This document shows positions 1 to 9,030 of a stretch of DNA of 64,000 nucleotides, in pieces (within the stretch, counting starts at the first letter, position 1; every line of letters begins with the position of its first letter). Under the pieces are notes generated by a model, which saw only the letters and a program-made list of their open reading frames with translations, was not told the origin of the DNA and searched no databases. The stretch is from a virus: IMG/VR virus record IMGVR_UViG_3300035128_000113. One strand, given 5' to 3'. The position numbers and the translations under genes are program-made.

Positions 1-803
1 TAATTATAGATCACAAAATCGATTAAACATCAATCGGTAAGTAATTATCGTGGATCTAAATCATAGACGATAATTCAGTTAGTAAAATATAGGTCAAAAC
101 CAATGAAAATCAACCGCAAAAAATAGTCTTGTCAAGTCAAAACCGCAAACCATTCCGAAGCCTAATCTCATATTTCAAAAATTATGGCCAAATATAGCCA
201 TATCCCTCAAAACCCAAAAGCAACCTAAAAAAATTTTCTCTACCCTGCACGGCTGCGGTCACCGCAAACCTCATCACAAAACAATACAACTCCACAACCT
301 TCTCAAACTCCCTATCAATACAGCCTATCGCAACTCCCCCCTCCACCATTCTTCAACACCTTACACCCTACCTACACCTAACCATATTCCAAACCTCATA
401 CGCCTCAATAATATATAGACCTGTACAGCTCTTCCTCTAAGCTCATAGCTTACTTCCTCCTCCGCCCTAGAGGGCCGCATTTTCTGCTGGTCCGGAGCTC
501 CCCTCGCCGGCCGCGCCGACTTCCAGGCAAACCCCGCAGGCAGACTTCGAGTGATGCCCCAGCAGAACCCATGTCCTACTGATAGACCTAACCTCCTATA
601 CCTGAAAGCTTACTGTATGCCTTACTTAGAACATTGCCGCACCCACCTAGAAAGCGCGCTTTCTACACCCAGTAACTCCTACCAAATTTCAGACTTTTAC
701 TCGAACCTCTAGACTTTCGACTTCCCCGGACTTTTACTCATAGGAGACTTTTTCTTACGCTCTTATACCCATCCTAATATAGCTTATTGTGCTCTTCATA
801 GTA

Positions 804-1112
804 CTACATCCTGGCCCTTTGCTGCCTCTTCTTCAACGAAGACTCAAACTTTTCAGACTGAGCCTTAGCTACTGCATTCGCCTCTTTGGCATCTGGGTAT
901 ACCTTATCTAGGGAAACGCTGTTGACCCAATCTCTTGCTTTTACCCGGGTAATAAACACAATATCCCCCTCGGCATTCTCCGTGACTTGAAGTGTCACTA
1001 CAGACACCTGGAACACCACGGGGTAGAATCCTACATCCATTGAATACCTTGTGATGTATAAGTATCTACCCAATAACGCTCGAGCCTCCTCTAATGTAGA
1101 AACCTCCTCCAT
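804..1112 (-). CDS. hypothetical protein
   Basis: 102-aa ORF with GGAG RBS, in the minus-strand gene run. Confidence 0.7.
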   Translation of the reverse strand: MEEVSTLEEARALLGRYLYITRYSMDVGFYPVVFQVSVVTLQVTENAEGDIVFITRVKARDWVNSVSLDKVYPDAKEANAVAKAQSEKFESSLKKRQQRARM

Positions 1113-1116
1113 GACG

Positions 1117-1404
1117 TCACTCCTTAGCCTGTTTCTTAACCCCCACCCTCATCCGCTCTTTAGAGCCCCACTCAGCAAAGGTAGTTGAAACCCCACGTTC
1201 ATAAACCCTCCACTGAGTGGTGTACTCATCTGCAACATTCCCAGGAATGACTGAGTATGCCCGAATTAAAACTAATCGGCTCCCCTTCCTGCCGAAGTAC
1301 TCCCACATCTTCCCCGTACGCTTTGACCTCCACGACCAGTCTTCAAAGTTCGCCCGGAGATAACCGACAGTTAGTTTTTCAGGCATAACCAATCCCTCTA
1401 TCAT
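1117..1404 (-). CDS. hypothetical protein
   Basis: 95-aa ORF; start overlaps the upstream stop; RBS present. Confidence 0.7.
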   Translation of the reverse strand: MIEGLVMPEKLTVGYLRANFEDWSWRSKRTGKMWEYFGRKGSRLVLIRAYSVIPGNVADEYTTQWRVYERGVSTTFAEWGSKERMRVGVKKQAKE

Positions 1405-2417
1405 CTCACAAAACTCCTTACTTCATCGCTGAGTTTCACTGTATCAAACACAAGCTTCCCGCCTTGACGGCACTCCTCCAAGCTCACTCTAAACGAAAAA
1501 TGCTTATCACAAACCTTACAACTGTCCCCTGCTCTGGCTCCGCAAGAAACACAATTGCAAGCGATTTGCAACAAATCATGGACACTGAAATCGCTAGCAT
1601 AATATACAAAATCAAAATAATTAAAGTATGATCTTTCGTCATACTCCGTGACCTCCGGACTCAATTTAGCCATCATAGGCATAAGGGCTTCCTTAACCCT
1701 AACAACACTTCTCCCCACAAAGAACCCCCAGTCGCTCAAATAAAGGTCCTCCAGAACCCTCGTAGCCACTATTCTATCCATCTCAGAGAAGTGGACTATA
1801 TCATCTACTCCAAGCAAAATTCCCCGAACCGCTGCTTCTATCTGACTCACAACAAAACTATCCGGCTCATAATCATTGAGCTCTTCTCTACACCTATCTG
1901 TACCATACGCATATGCCATCTCGTCAGCTATTGGACGATACTCATCAACAATATCCATCAGCTCGTCTACATGCTCAGTATCCTGATCGAAGTCTAAAAA
2001 GAGATCTCCAAGTGCCTCAGCATCCTCTATCCTATCCAACGCCCGAAAACACTGCTTCGTCATATCGACATAATACTCTACATACTCCTCCATGCTTGCG
2101 CTTCCAATTGACTCCCCTACAGCTACCTGTATCGTCCCCTCATCTAGGAATACCTTAATGTCCCCTTCCTCCGCGCCTTTAAACACTCCAAGAAGGTATT
2201 CAGCTGTACTTTCTGGCAGCTCAACATCGACCCGCGTCTCTTCGACCACTTGGCTTAGTGCCACTTCAACTGTAGGAACCCCATAGGAAGTATTTCCATC
2301 AGGCTCCCACTCATGCGCCTTAATCCAAAAACTATAAGCCTTTGACTCTTTTGGCGTCGCCGAAGCAGTGCCGGCCAACATAACAAACAAACTAAAAACA
2401 AACAAAACAAACTTCAT
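1401..2417 (-). CDS. secreted/membrane acidic protein with C-terminal Cys cluster (paralog A)
   Basis: Signal peptide MKFVLFVFSLFVMLAGTASA; CNCVSC...CKVC; paralog of 2414-3454. Confidence 0.8.
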   Translation of the reverse strand: MKFVLFVFSLFVMLAGTASATPKESKAYSFWIKAHEWEPDGNTSYGVPTVEVALSQVVEETRVDVELPESTAEYLLGVFKGAEEGDIKVFLDEGTIQVAVGESIGSASMEEYVEYYVDMTKQCFRALDRIEDAEALGDLFLDFDQDTEHVDELMDIVDEYRPIADEMAYAYGTDRCREELNDYEPDSFVVSQIEAAVRGILLGVDDIVHFSEMDRIVATRVLEDLYLSDWGFFVGRSVVRVKEALMPMMAKLSPEVTEYDERSYFNYFDFVYYASDFSVHDLLQIACNCVSCGARAGDSCKVCDKHFSFRVSLEECRQGGKLVFDTVKLSDEVRSFVR

Positions 2418-2701
2418 AACTCAGTCCCTTCCCCTCCCCCTCTAATAAAACCCCTTACTTCATCGCTAAGTTTCACGGTATCAAAGACAATCTTCCCCTC
2501 TTGGTAGCACTCCTCCAAACTCACCCTGAACGAAAAATGCCTATCACAAACCTCACAGCTTTCATCAGCTCGAGCTCCGCAAGGAACACAGCTGCAAGCG
2601 ATTTGCAACAAATCATGGACACTGAAATCGCTAGCATAATACACAAAATCAAAATAATTAAAGTATGATCTTTCGTCATACTCCGTGACCTCCGGACTCA
2701 A
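1556..2701. repeat. 109-bp near-identical direct repeat (1556-1664 and 2593-2701) within the paralog pair
   Basis: Visual alignment shows one mismatch (atatacaaaa vs atacacaaaa). Confidence 0.9.
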
Positions 2702-3454
2702 CAACTCCATACTCACTGCCAGAGCTTCCTTGACTCGTATTGCGCTCCTCACCGGGAAAAACCCCTTAACCCCTAAATAGAGCTCGTCCAACACCCTCGT
2801 AGCTATTACTAAATCAGCCTCAGAAAAGTGTACTGCATCCTCTATACCCAACAGCATTCCCCGAACCGCTTTTTCAACCTGCCGCTCTACAAATTGATCA
2901 GGCTCATAATGATTACGCTCCTCCAAACATCTATCATCATTGAACGCTTCAACCATCTCAGCTATCCTCGGCTGATTCTCCTCAATCACCTCCGTCAACA
3001 GATCCTCGAGCAACGTATCTAAATCAAAATCTAAATACATCTCACCCACAGCCTCTGCATCCTCAATATTCTTTAACGCCCTTAAACAACTGAATGTCTT
3101 TTCAATGTAGTAGTCTACATACTCTTCCATTGCCTCACTTCCAACCGTGGCCCCTACTAGAACATGAATCGTCCCATCTTCTAGGGATACCCAAATATCT
3201 CCTTCCTCGGCTTCTTCAAACACCCCCTGGAGATATTCTGCCGTATCATCTGACAACTCCACCCCAACCCGCTTACCGTCAACCACCTGATATAGGATAA
3301 CATCCACGGTAGGGACCCCATAGAAGGTGTTACCATCAGACTCCCACTCCGACACCTCAGGCCAAAACTCATAGGCCTTTGCCTCCTTTGGCTCCGCCGA
3401 AGCGGTGCCGGCCAACACCATAAACAAGCTACAAACTAAAAAAACAAACCTCAT
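2414..3454 (-). CDS. secreted/membrane acidic protein with C-terminal Cys cluster (paralog B)
   Basis: Signal peptide; end-to-end similarity with 1401-2417. Confidence 0.8.
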   Translation of the reverse strand: MRFVFLVCSLFMVLAGTASAEPKEAKAYEFWPEVSEWESDGNTFYGVPTVDVILYQVVDGKRVGVELSDDTAEYLQGVFEEAEEGDIWVSLEDGTIHVLVGATVGSEAMEEYVDYYIEKTFSCLRALKNIEDAEAVGEMYLDFDLDTLLEDLLTEVIEENQPRIAEMVEAFNDDRCLEERNHYEPDQFVERQVEKAVRGMLLGIEDAVHFSEADLVIATRVLDELYLGVKGFFPVRSAIRVKEALAVSMELLSPEVTEYDERSYFNYFDFVYYASDFSVHDLLQIACSCVPCGARADESCEVCDRHFSFRVSLEECYQEGKIVFDTVKLSDEVRGFIRGGGEGTEL

Positions 3455-3477
3455 AACTCAATCCCTTCCCCCTCCCC

Positions 3478-4017
3478 TCAAAACTGGCCAGACATTTTTG
3501 ACCATTCCAACTCTAGATATGCTCTACGTATCCACCTGGCATCGCCAATCGCAGTATGCATATCATCTCGGCTATTTTCCTTTACGGCGAAATCTAACTC
3601 CTCCATCCTCTGCCGCAAATCCATTGTTATCCAAGGAAACCCCTTTGGGACATCAACCACCCTACCGTATAACCCACAAAGCACTACGTGGTCATAGTCT
3701 GCATAGTAACCCCATAGCTCCAACTTCGGCTTTTTACCCACCCCCAAAAACTCCGTAACCTTATCTTTAATGTCCCTCGCACTCATCCAACGAGTAGAGC
3801 TCCTCGGCGGAAGCTTTGGGATAACATTCTCCTGAACCCAAGTGTTTGCCTTCTCCAAGAAGGCATCACTATTGCAGACATACAACTCATGATGACCGCT
3901 TTCGTCAACCATTCCCAAACTTATAAGATCAACCATACCATGCCCGAAATCCATAAACTTAGTATCGTAAAAAAATCTTCTTCGGGGACACCTTTCAATA
4001 CTATAAACCCTCTCCAT
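3478..4017 (-). CDS. DEDDh 3'-5' exoribonuclease, RNase AS (Rv2179c)-like
   Basis: FFYDTKF, LISLGMV, WVQENVIPKL, YYADYDHV, HTAIGDARW motifs. Confidence 0.8.
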   Translation of the reverse strand: MERVYSIERCPRRRFFYDTKFMDFGHGMVDLISLGMVDESGHHELYVCNSDAFLEKANTWVQENVIPKLPPRSSTRWMSARDIKDKVTEFLGVGKKPKLELWGYYADYDHVVLCGLYGRVVDVPKGFPWITMDLRQRMEELDFAVKENSRDDMHTAIGDARWIRRAYLELEWSKMSGQF

Positions 4018-4024
4018 ATTCCCC

Positions 4025-4588
4025 CTACAGATCTAGGCCCTCTGATGGCCTCCCATCTTCCGTTTTATACCCAAGGAAACCAATGACCATATTTTGAACC
4101 AAAGCATCGGGGTCAAAGGAATTAGCCTTCCAACTCATGGTTGAAGCCTTGACCGCATACTTCGCAGCCCTTACGATAAACATCCTCATAAAATTTCGAG
4201 CACTGGTTTTTACCCCCATTCGAAAAGGCGCCGGTGGCTCCCCGCAATCTTCGAAGACCCAGTGGTCGTCGTCTAAAGGTATTCTAAGAACATGAGAATC
4301 CATACATCCCTTTATTCCATTCCCCTTACCTCCGCTCAACATAACCTTCCACTCCTCATCGGTCATACCTTGGAACGTTGAAATAAGGTCTCTCAGCTCC
4401 GGGCATCCGTTTTGCTCTCCTAGCCTTAGATTAAGAATCCCTGCCTCTTCCCTAGGAGCGTTTTCTCTCGAAAGACCATACTTGCAATCACACAAAGCAC
4501 TACCTAAGTAGGCACAAACAAACTCCTGTACCAACTCCAAAACCTCAATCATCGCTTTCCGGCTAACCATATGACTACCTCCTGTCAA
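4025..4588 (-). CDS. hypothetical protein
   Basis: 187-aa ORF in gene run. Confidence 0.65.
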   Translation of the reverse strand: MTGGSHMVSRKAMIEVLELVQEFVCAYLGSALCDCKYGLSRENAPREEAGILNLRLGEQNGCPELRDLISTFQGMTDEEWKVMLSGGKGNGIKGCMDSHVLRIPLDDDHWVFEDCGEPPAPFRMGVKTSARNFMRMFIVRAAKYAVKASTMSWKANSFDPDALVQNMVIGFLGYKTEDGRPSEGLDL

Positions 4589-4920
4589 AATAGTGACTCA
4601 TCGGAATCTGTGGCCTCAGGTATTATACCTTCAAAACACTTCTCTTTACGGACATTCTCCACAAACTCAACTATACTCTTTGCTAAGCTTTCTAACTTGT
4701 ACTCGGGTTCCCCGTCCTTAGCCAATGCCGCCGGTACGTCTTTCAGCTTAATCAAAACATCACCCAAATGCCGTACGATAGCCGATGAATACAGAAAAGA
4801 ATCATTAGAATACTCATGACCAACATCGTCCAAATAACGCGCTAAATCTTCAGCTATAGCCTCAAATCGATTATTAAAGACTTTTCCCGAAGATGCCCGA
4901 AACATTAAAACCTCTTCCAC
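4585..4920 (-). CDS. hypothetical protein
   Basis: 111-aa ORF with coupled stop/start. Confidence 0.65.
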   Translation of the reverse strand: MEEVLMFRASSGKVFNNRFEAIAEDLARYLDDVGHEYSNDSFLYSSAIVRHLGDVLIKLKDVPAALAKDGEPEYKLESLAKSIVEFVENVRKEKCFEGIIPEATDSDESLF

Positions 4921-4922
4921 TT

Positions 4923-5528
4923 CTACCTCCCGACTAAAAGCTTCCTTTGCTCCTCACACTCACGCCTACACCAACAAACCTGAAAAGCTGCTTTTGACGC
5001 ATACCGCCTAGTAAGGAATTCCATCTCTCTTAAATTGTCCATACCAATTCCCTGCCAAATGTCATGGTAGACAAAATCATATCTCTCATCCTTACCTGGC
5101 TTTACCTTCAAAACATTCTCATTTCTAACTTCAAGCCGGTCGCCGTAAAGCCTATTTAAAGTTGGAACTACAAGCTCTATAACCTCCTTTGAAATCTCTA
5201 CAGCTATGACTTTATCGACCTCTTCTTTAGCCATAAGATACTCAACACTCAACCCCAACCCCAACCCGTTTAGTCTGACCGTACCCTGAGCCGACTCCAA
5301 GTCCTTGACTAAATCAGAACACTCATCTGGAGTATCACTCATCCAAGTACGCCCATCCTGAACCAACCGAGTATACGTACCCGGATAAACGAATCCCCTC
5401 CCACCCCACGAAACTTTCGCCCTCCAAGCTGAAGCCCGACTCGTTTTATGGTCAACCTGGAACTTCTCTACTTTATAATCCCCCTTAATCCCTTCAGGAA
5501 TCGATGACCTAATGACTCTAATTGGCAT
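4923..5528 (-). CDS. spermidine-synthase-like SAM-dependent methyltransferase fold protein
   Basis: WMSDTPDE, LNGLGLGL (motif I), VIAVEIS, YDFVYHDIW. Confidence 0.75.
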   Translation of the reverse strand: MPIRVIRSSIPEGIKGDYKVEKFQVDHKTSRASAWRAKVSWGGRGFVYPGTYTRLVQDGRTWMSDTPDECSDLVKDLESAQGTVRLNGLGLGLSVEYLMAKEEVDKVIAVEISKEVIELVVPTLNRLYGDRLEVRNENVLKVKPGKDERYDFVYHDIWQGIGMDNLREMEFLTRRYASKAAFQVCWCRRECEEQRKLLVGR

Positions 5529-5761
5529 TCATCTCCCTCTTTATCTTCAGAACCCTTGTAGTATGGACTTGGGACTCGCGCTCCCCACGACTCCCCGAAT
5601 ATCTCATCATGAGTCAACTGCTTAATGCTGTCGCTTCCACAACCACAGCACAATACCCCGTCTTCAGCCCTTATATATACCTCTTCCGCAACTTGGTTTC
5701 TGCAACGCATACAGCGGAAGGCCAACCATTTTTCATTCTTATCTATATCGCTCTCTTTCAT
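5468..5761 (-). CDS. hypothetical Zn-ribbon protein
   Basis: CMRC...CCGCGS; C-terminus overlaps next gene. Confidence 0.55.
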   Translation of the reverse strand: MKESDIDKNEKWLAFRCMRCRNQVAEEVYIRAEDGVLCCGCGSDSIKQLTHDEIFGESWGARVPSPYYKGSEDKEGDECQLESLGHRFLKGLRGIIK

Positions 5762-5769
5762 ACTTCTCC

Positions 5770-6225
5770 TTATAGCGACCCCGTACCCAGAGTAAAATCA
5801 GGTAACCCATCCCCACTCACGCAATGGAACAGATGAAGACACCTAGGATGGATGTTCACATGCTCCGACTTCTTGGGTAAGACCATAATGGCGTTTACCT
5901 CATCCCCAAGCCAGTTTCTCTTGAGATAAACTAAGTCATCATAATCCGGCACACTGTCTTGACGTGAAATCGATAAATGTACCCAAAGTCTAAAGTTATC
6001 GTTCGAATACCTAGCTAACGAATATATGACTCGCATACCCATACTCATATTATCCCATGCCCCGTCATACCCTCCGGCTTCCCGACGAGTCCATCCAGGT
6101 GGCAGCTTCTCACCAGCTATAACCCCACGGATCTTTGCCATATTGACCTTCTCTACCTCGGAAAGTATTTTTGTACTGTCATAGTTCACCAATACCCTCC
6201 CACCAGTGAAAAAATTATCCATCAA
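5770..6225 (-). CDS. conserved phage protein (HLSISR/HPRCLHL family)
   Basis: WVHLSIS...PDYDDL..LK, EHVNIHPRCLHL motifs common in phage proteins; GGAGG RBS. Confidence 0.7.
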   Translation of the reverse strand: MMDNFFTGGRVLVNYDSTKILSEVEKVNMAKIRGVIAGEKLPPGWTRREAGGYDGAWDNMSMGMRVIYSLARYSNDNFRLWVHLSISRQDSVPDYDDLVYLKRNWLGDEVNAIMVLPKKSEHVNIHPRCLHLFHCVSGDGLPDFTLGTGSL

Positions 6226-6360
6226 CCCTCCAACTTAATATCTTTGCATTCTTCGCCATTACCTGACATCTCCACACATAACTCCACCCGAACTCGACCA
6301 CAATTTACTCAGCCTTACCATCACCTAAAGCTTAGTCTCACGATACTCTGCATTACCCTA

Positions 6361-6425
6361 CCAACACTCTACTGCAATTTACTCATCCTTACTCTTCCAA
6401 CACTCTACTGCAATTTACTTATCCT
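6361..6425. repeat. 36-nt-period tandem duplication within the array
   Basis: ccaacactctactgcaatttactcatcct (6361-6389) vs ccaacactctactgcaatttacttatcct (6397-6425). Confidence 0.9.
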
Positions 6426-6940
6426 ACCTAGCATACGCAATACTATTGCTCCTAAATGCACAACGTTACCCTGGACAGCATAACCTTAACTTGATTCTAC
6501 ACAGCCTCACAAAACTTTAGCTCTACCCATACATGATAGGCGCTATGCCCCACTAATCACAACATCGCATCTCAATACCTATACAACACATCACCCTTCA
6601 CGCCACAACCTCAGCAGGCTAGACCCTACACGCTACGCCACAACCCGCTTCCTCACTTTACCCGTTACTTCGACATACACGTCCCAGCATCACACCACAA
6701 TATGTTCCCTCGCTTTACTCACCACTTCGACGTACATTCCCTCACTCTACACCATACAATCCAAAACCTAGCCGTCCCTTACTTCCGCTCTGCATGCCAA
6801 TACCGCACATTGATACACATCACATCCACTCCGCATAGCATCTCTACATCGCGCATCACTTTACTTTACACCAACTCTACCCTACCCTACCAATCTACAC
6901 ATTGCTCAACGAGCACTCTACCCAACAGTGCGTTACAAAT

Positions 6941-6970
6941 CTCATCCGAGCTATACTCATCCGAACTATA
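6941..6970. repeat. 15-nt (three-pentamer) tandem duplication within the array
   Basis: ctcatccgagctata / ctcatccgaactata. Confidence 0.85.
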
Positions 6971-7854
6971 CCTTCGCAACATCGCACAAAACTGCCCAAA
7001 ACTTAACTCTCACTCAACATCACCTCTCTCTGCATTTCTTCCGCTTACCCTCACTATACCCATCTCTACTAAACTACACTATTGCTTCCATACTCTGCCC
7101 TCCGCCACACTGCCTTACCCCTACCAGGCTAAACATGACACTACATTCAATACAAAACTCCTCAATACTAATGCAAACATCGCGCTGCCCAACTTCTCTA
7201 CTACACCTATACATTACCATTCCCTACACCACGTTGCCTTGCTATAACTTATTATACCCTACAATACAATATACATCACACAGCTTCACTAAACAAGGCC
7301 CTACCAAACCATACAACTACGCCTAACGTTACCGTACATAGCAAACATAACGCCGCTTAACCTCACACCTGCATCACTAAGCCATCCATACCAAACCCTA
7401 CTCCACTCTAACATTACACAGCTTAACTTCACCTTGCTATAGCCATTCAAAACTGACCCCGACTTCACCATCACCCGTACGAATGCGAAACAATACCTAC
7501 CCGAACAGTATGCTACTAAACCCTACTTAACCTTTGCTTTACACTCTCTACTCAAGACATCCATACTCAACTCCACCTTCGCCTACCAGTACCCCACACA
7601 AAACAACTATGCTTCACCTACACTATGCTATTAATGCACTAAACAATATGACACTTTCCAGATACTCTACTGAACTATACCCAACCACTTCGATACCCAA
7701 CAACCCCATACAATGTGCCCACACTATACTTAGCGAAGATGTACCTTACAACTACAATGCATCACCCGTAAAATCAATGTCCGCATAGCACCACGGAAGA
7801 CCCCATTGCTCCACCTATACAAATGTCTACGTTACTCATCAATACCATACCGAA

Positions 7855-7866
7855 CCTTAGCTAAGG
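7855..7866. other. 12-bp palindrome at the array boundary
   Basis: ccttagctaagg, 1 nt after the RAMP stop codon. Confidence 0.6.
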
Positions 7867-7867
7867 C

Positions 7868-8527
7868 TTACTTATCTCCCTTGGAATCTTCTTTAGAAGA
7901 ACCCCCCAGATCTACAATCTCAACGATTTCTGCTTTGAAACGCCCTTTCCCCGCATTTCTCCATTGCCCTAACCCCTTATACTCCCCGTACTTAATAAGC
8001 CTTGTAACAAGGGGCACCAACTCATCTGTCATCACCGTAATGGAGAACTCTATCTTCGACCCCTCGGGGCATTCTTCAGATGTCATCAACGCTGTGCGCT
8101 CCCCTAGAGGGGTTTCTGCCCTCAATGGCCTGGTACACTCTGTTATCTCTCCCCCCTCGGGGAAAACAATAGGAATCTCCCTCGGATATACAAAGAACTG
8201 ACTACTCGCAACACGCTTATGCGTGTACTTGGATACCTTTTTAGTCTTTGAAATCTGGTACGGCTCAAACTCCACAACCGTAGACAGTGCCGCTTTTAGA
8301 AACCCCTTGACCTGATAGTCATAGAATATAGGTACCCCATCCTTCCTCGGAAAGACCGTCTTTGCCCTGTCCTGGAGAACATCTGCCGGAAGGTTCTCCA
8401 TCTCCTGCTGCACCTTCTCTTTATCCGCCGACTTTGAAGCTATGTACTCCAAATGAATGTCTGGATTGTTCGAATAGGTGCCCAAGATCGGATCTGTAAA
8501 CGTTGCTACTACTACTAACTTTTTCAT
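7868..8527 (-). CDS. stand-alone RAMP/Cas7(Csf2)-like protein, Vipr-like
   Basis: N-terminal strand TFTDPILGT, YDYQVKGFLKAA, RPLRAETPLGER, Gly-rich loop GLGQWRNAGKGRF; start set at MKKLVV (GGGAG RBS), track start 8548. Confidence 0.85.
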   Translation of the reverse strand: MKKLVVVATFTDPILGTYSNNPDIHLEYIASKSADKEKVQQEMENLPADVLQDRAKTVFPRKDGVPIFYDYQVKGFLKAALSTVVEFEPYQISKTKKVSKYTHKRVASSQFFVYPREIPIVFPEGGEITECTRPLRAETPLGERTALMTSEECPEGSKIEFSITVMTDELVPLVTRLIKYGEYKGLGQWRNAGKGRFKAEIVEIVDLGGSSKEDSKGDK

Positions 8528-8529
8528 AC

Positions 8530-9030
8530 TTAACTCCCTTTTTGGCATAACACCGAAGTGTCAAAGTCTTCAAAAATATTATACAAATCATTCCAAAACG
8601 ATGGAAGAGGAGTACTTAACCTCATTGCCATCCGACAAATAGTCTCTTCTGGAACTCCATGGATATTTCTTCTCAGTGCATCCGCAATACTGCACTTCAT
8701 TTTGATGATACTAACCTCGTACCCATGGGCTTCCGCCACCTTAATATAAGGCACCATCTCCAAAGCACTCGTATTAGTATTGTCAACAAATATCAACTCA
8801 TGCCTAGCTATCACTCCAGAAACAAACTCCCGCATACACTGTAAATGCGCATCCCTACTTCTCTCGGCAGTATAAAAGTATTCGCCGTCCTCCAGAAGAA
8901 AACTATCTGCATTTATGACGAGTGGAGCCGCCGTTCGAAAACCTTTATGAATAGCGACACGGTCACTCACATATGTGCTCTTGCCTGAACCGGGCAAGCC
9001 CCGAAGAATTATTAACTTATTCATCTTCAC
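8530..9030 (-). CDS. AAA_33/polynucleotide-kinase-like P-loop protein
   Basis: LRGLPGSGKST Walker A; VDNTN; RNIHGVPEETI. Confidence 0.85.
   Translation of the reverse strand: MKMNKLIILRGLPGSGKSTYVSDRVAIHKGFRTAAPLVINADSFLLEDGEYFYTAERSRDAHLQCMREFVSGVIARHELIFVDNTNTSALEMVPYIKVAEAHGYEVSIIKMKCSIADALRRNIHGVPEETICRMAMRLSTPLPSFWNDLYNIFEDFDTSVLCQKGS

Larger units (their letters stand above)
6245..7854 (-). ncRNA. ~1.6-kb degenerate pentamer array (NN-DGY units), candidate VIPR-type guide RNA array
   Basis: + strand AC/GC dinucleotides recur every 5 nt (7390-7440: accaa accct actcc actct a acatt acaca gctta acttc acctt gctat); no minus-strand ORF >=60 aa; directly downstream of a RAMP gene. Confidence 0.75.

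Noticed and set aside
280-420. Possible second pentamer array
   Set aside because: AC/GC positions show no sustained mod-5 phase by eye; explained by strand skew.
6245-7854. Classical CRISPR array
   Set aside because: No constant 25-45-nt repeat alternating with unique spacers; only 5-nt periodicity and isolated duplications.
6244-8201. + strand ORFs across the array (6244-6483, 6702-7247, 6928-7326, 7534-7788, 7806-8201)
   Set aside because: Thr/Leu/Ser/Pro/His low-complexity translations caused by the C/A/T-rich periodic DNA; antisense to the whole gene run; no RBS support.
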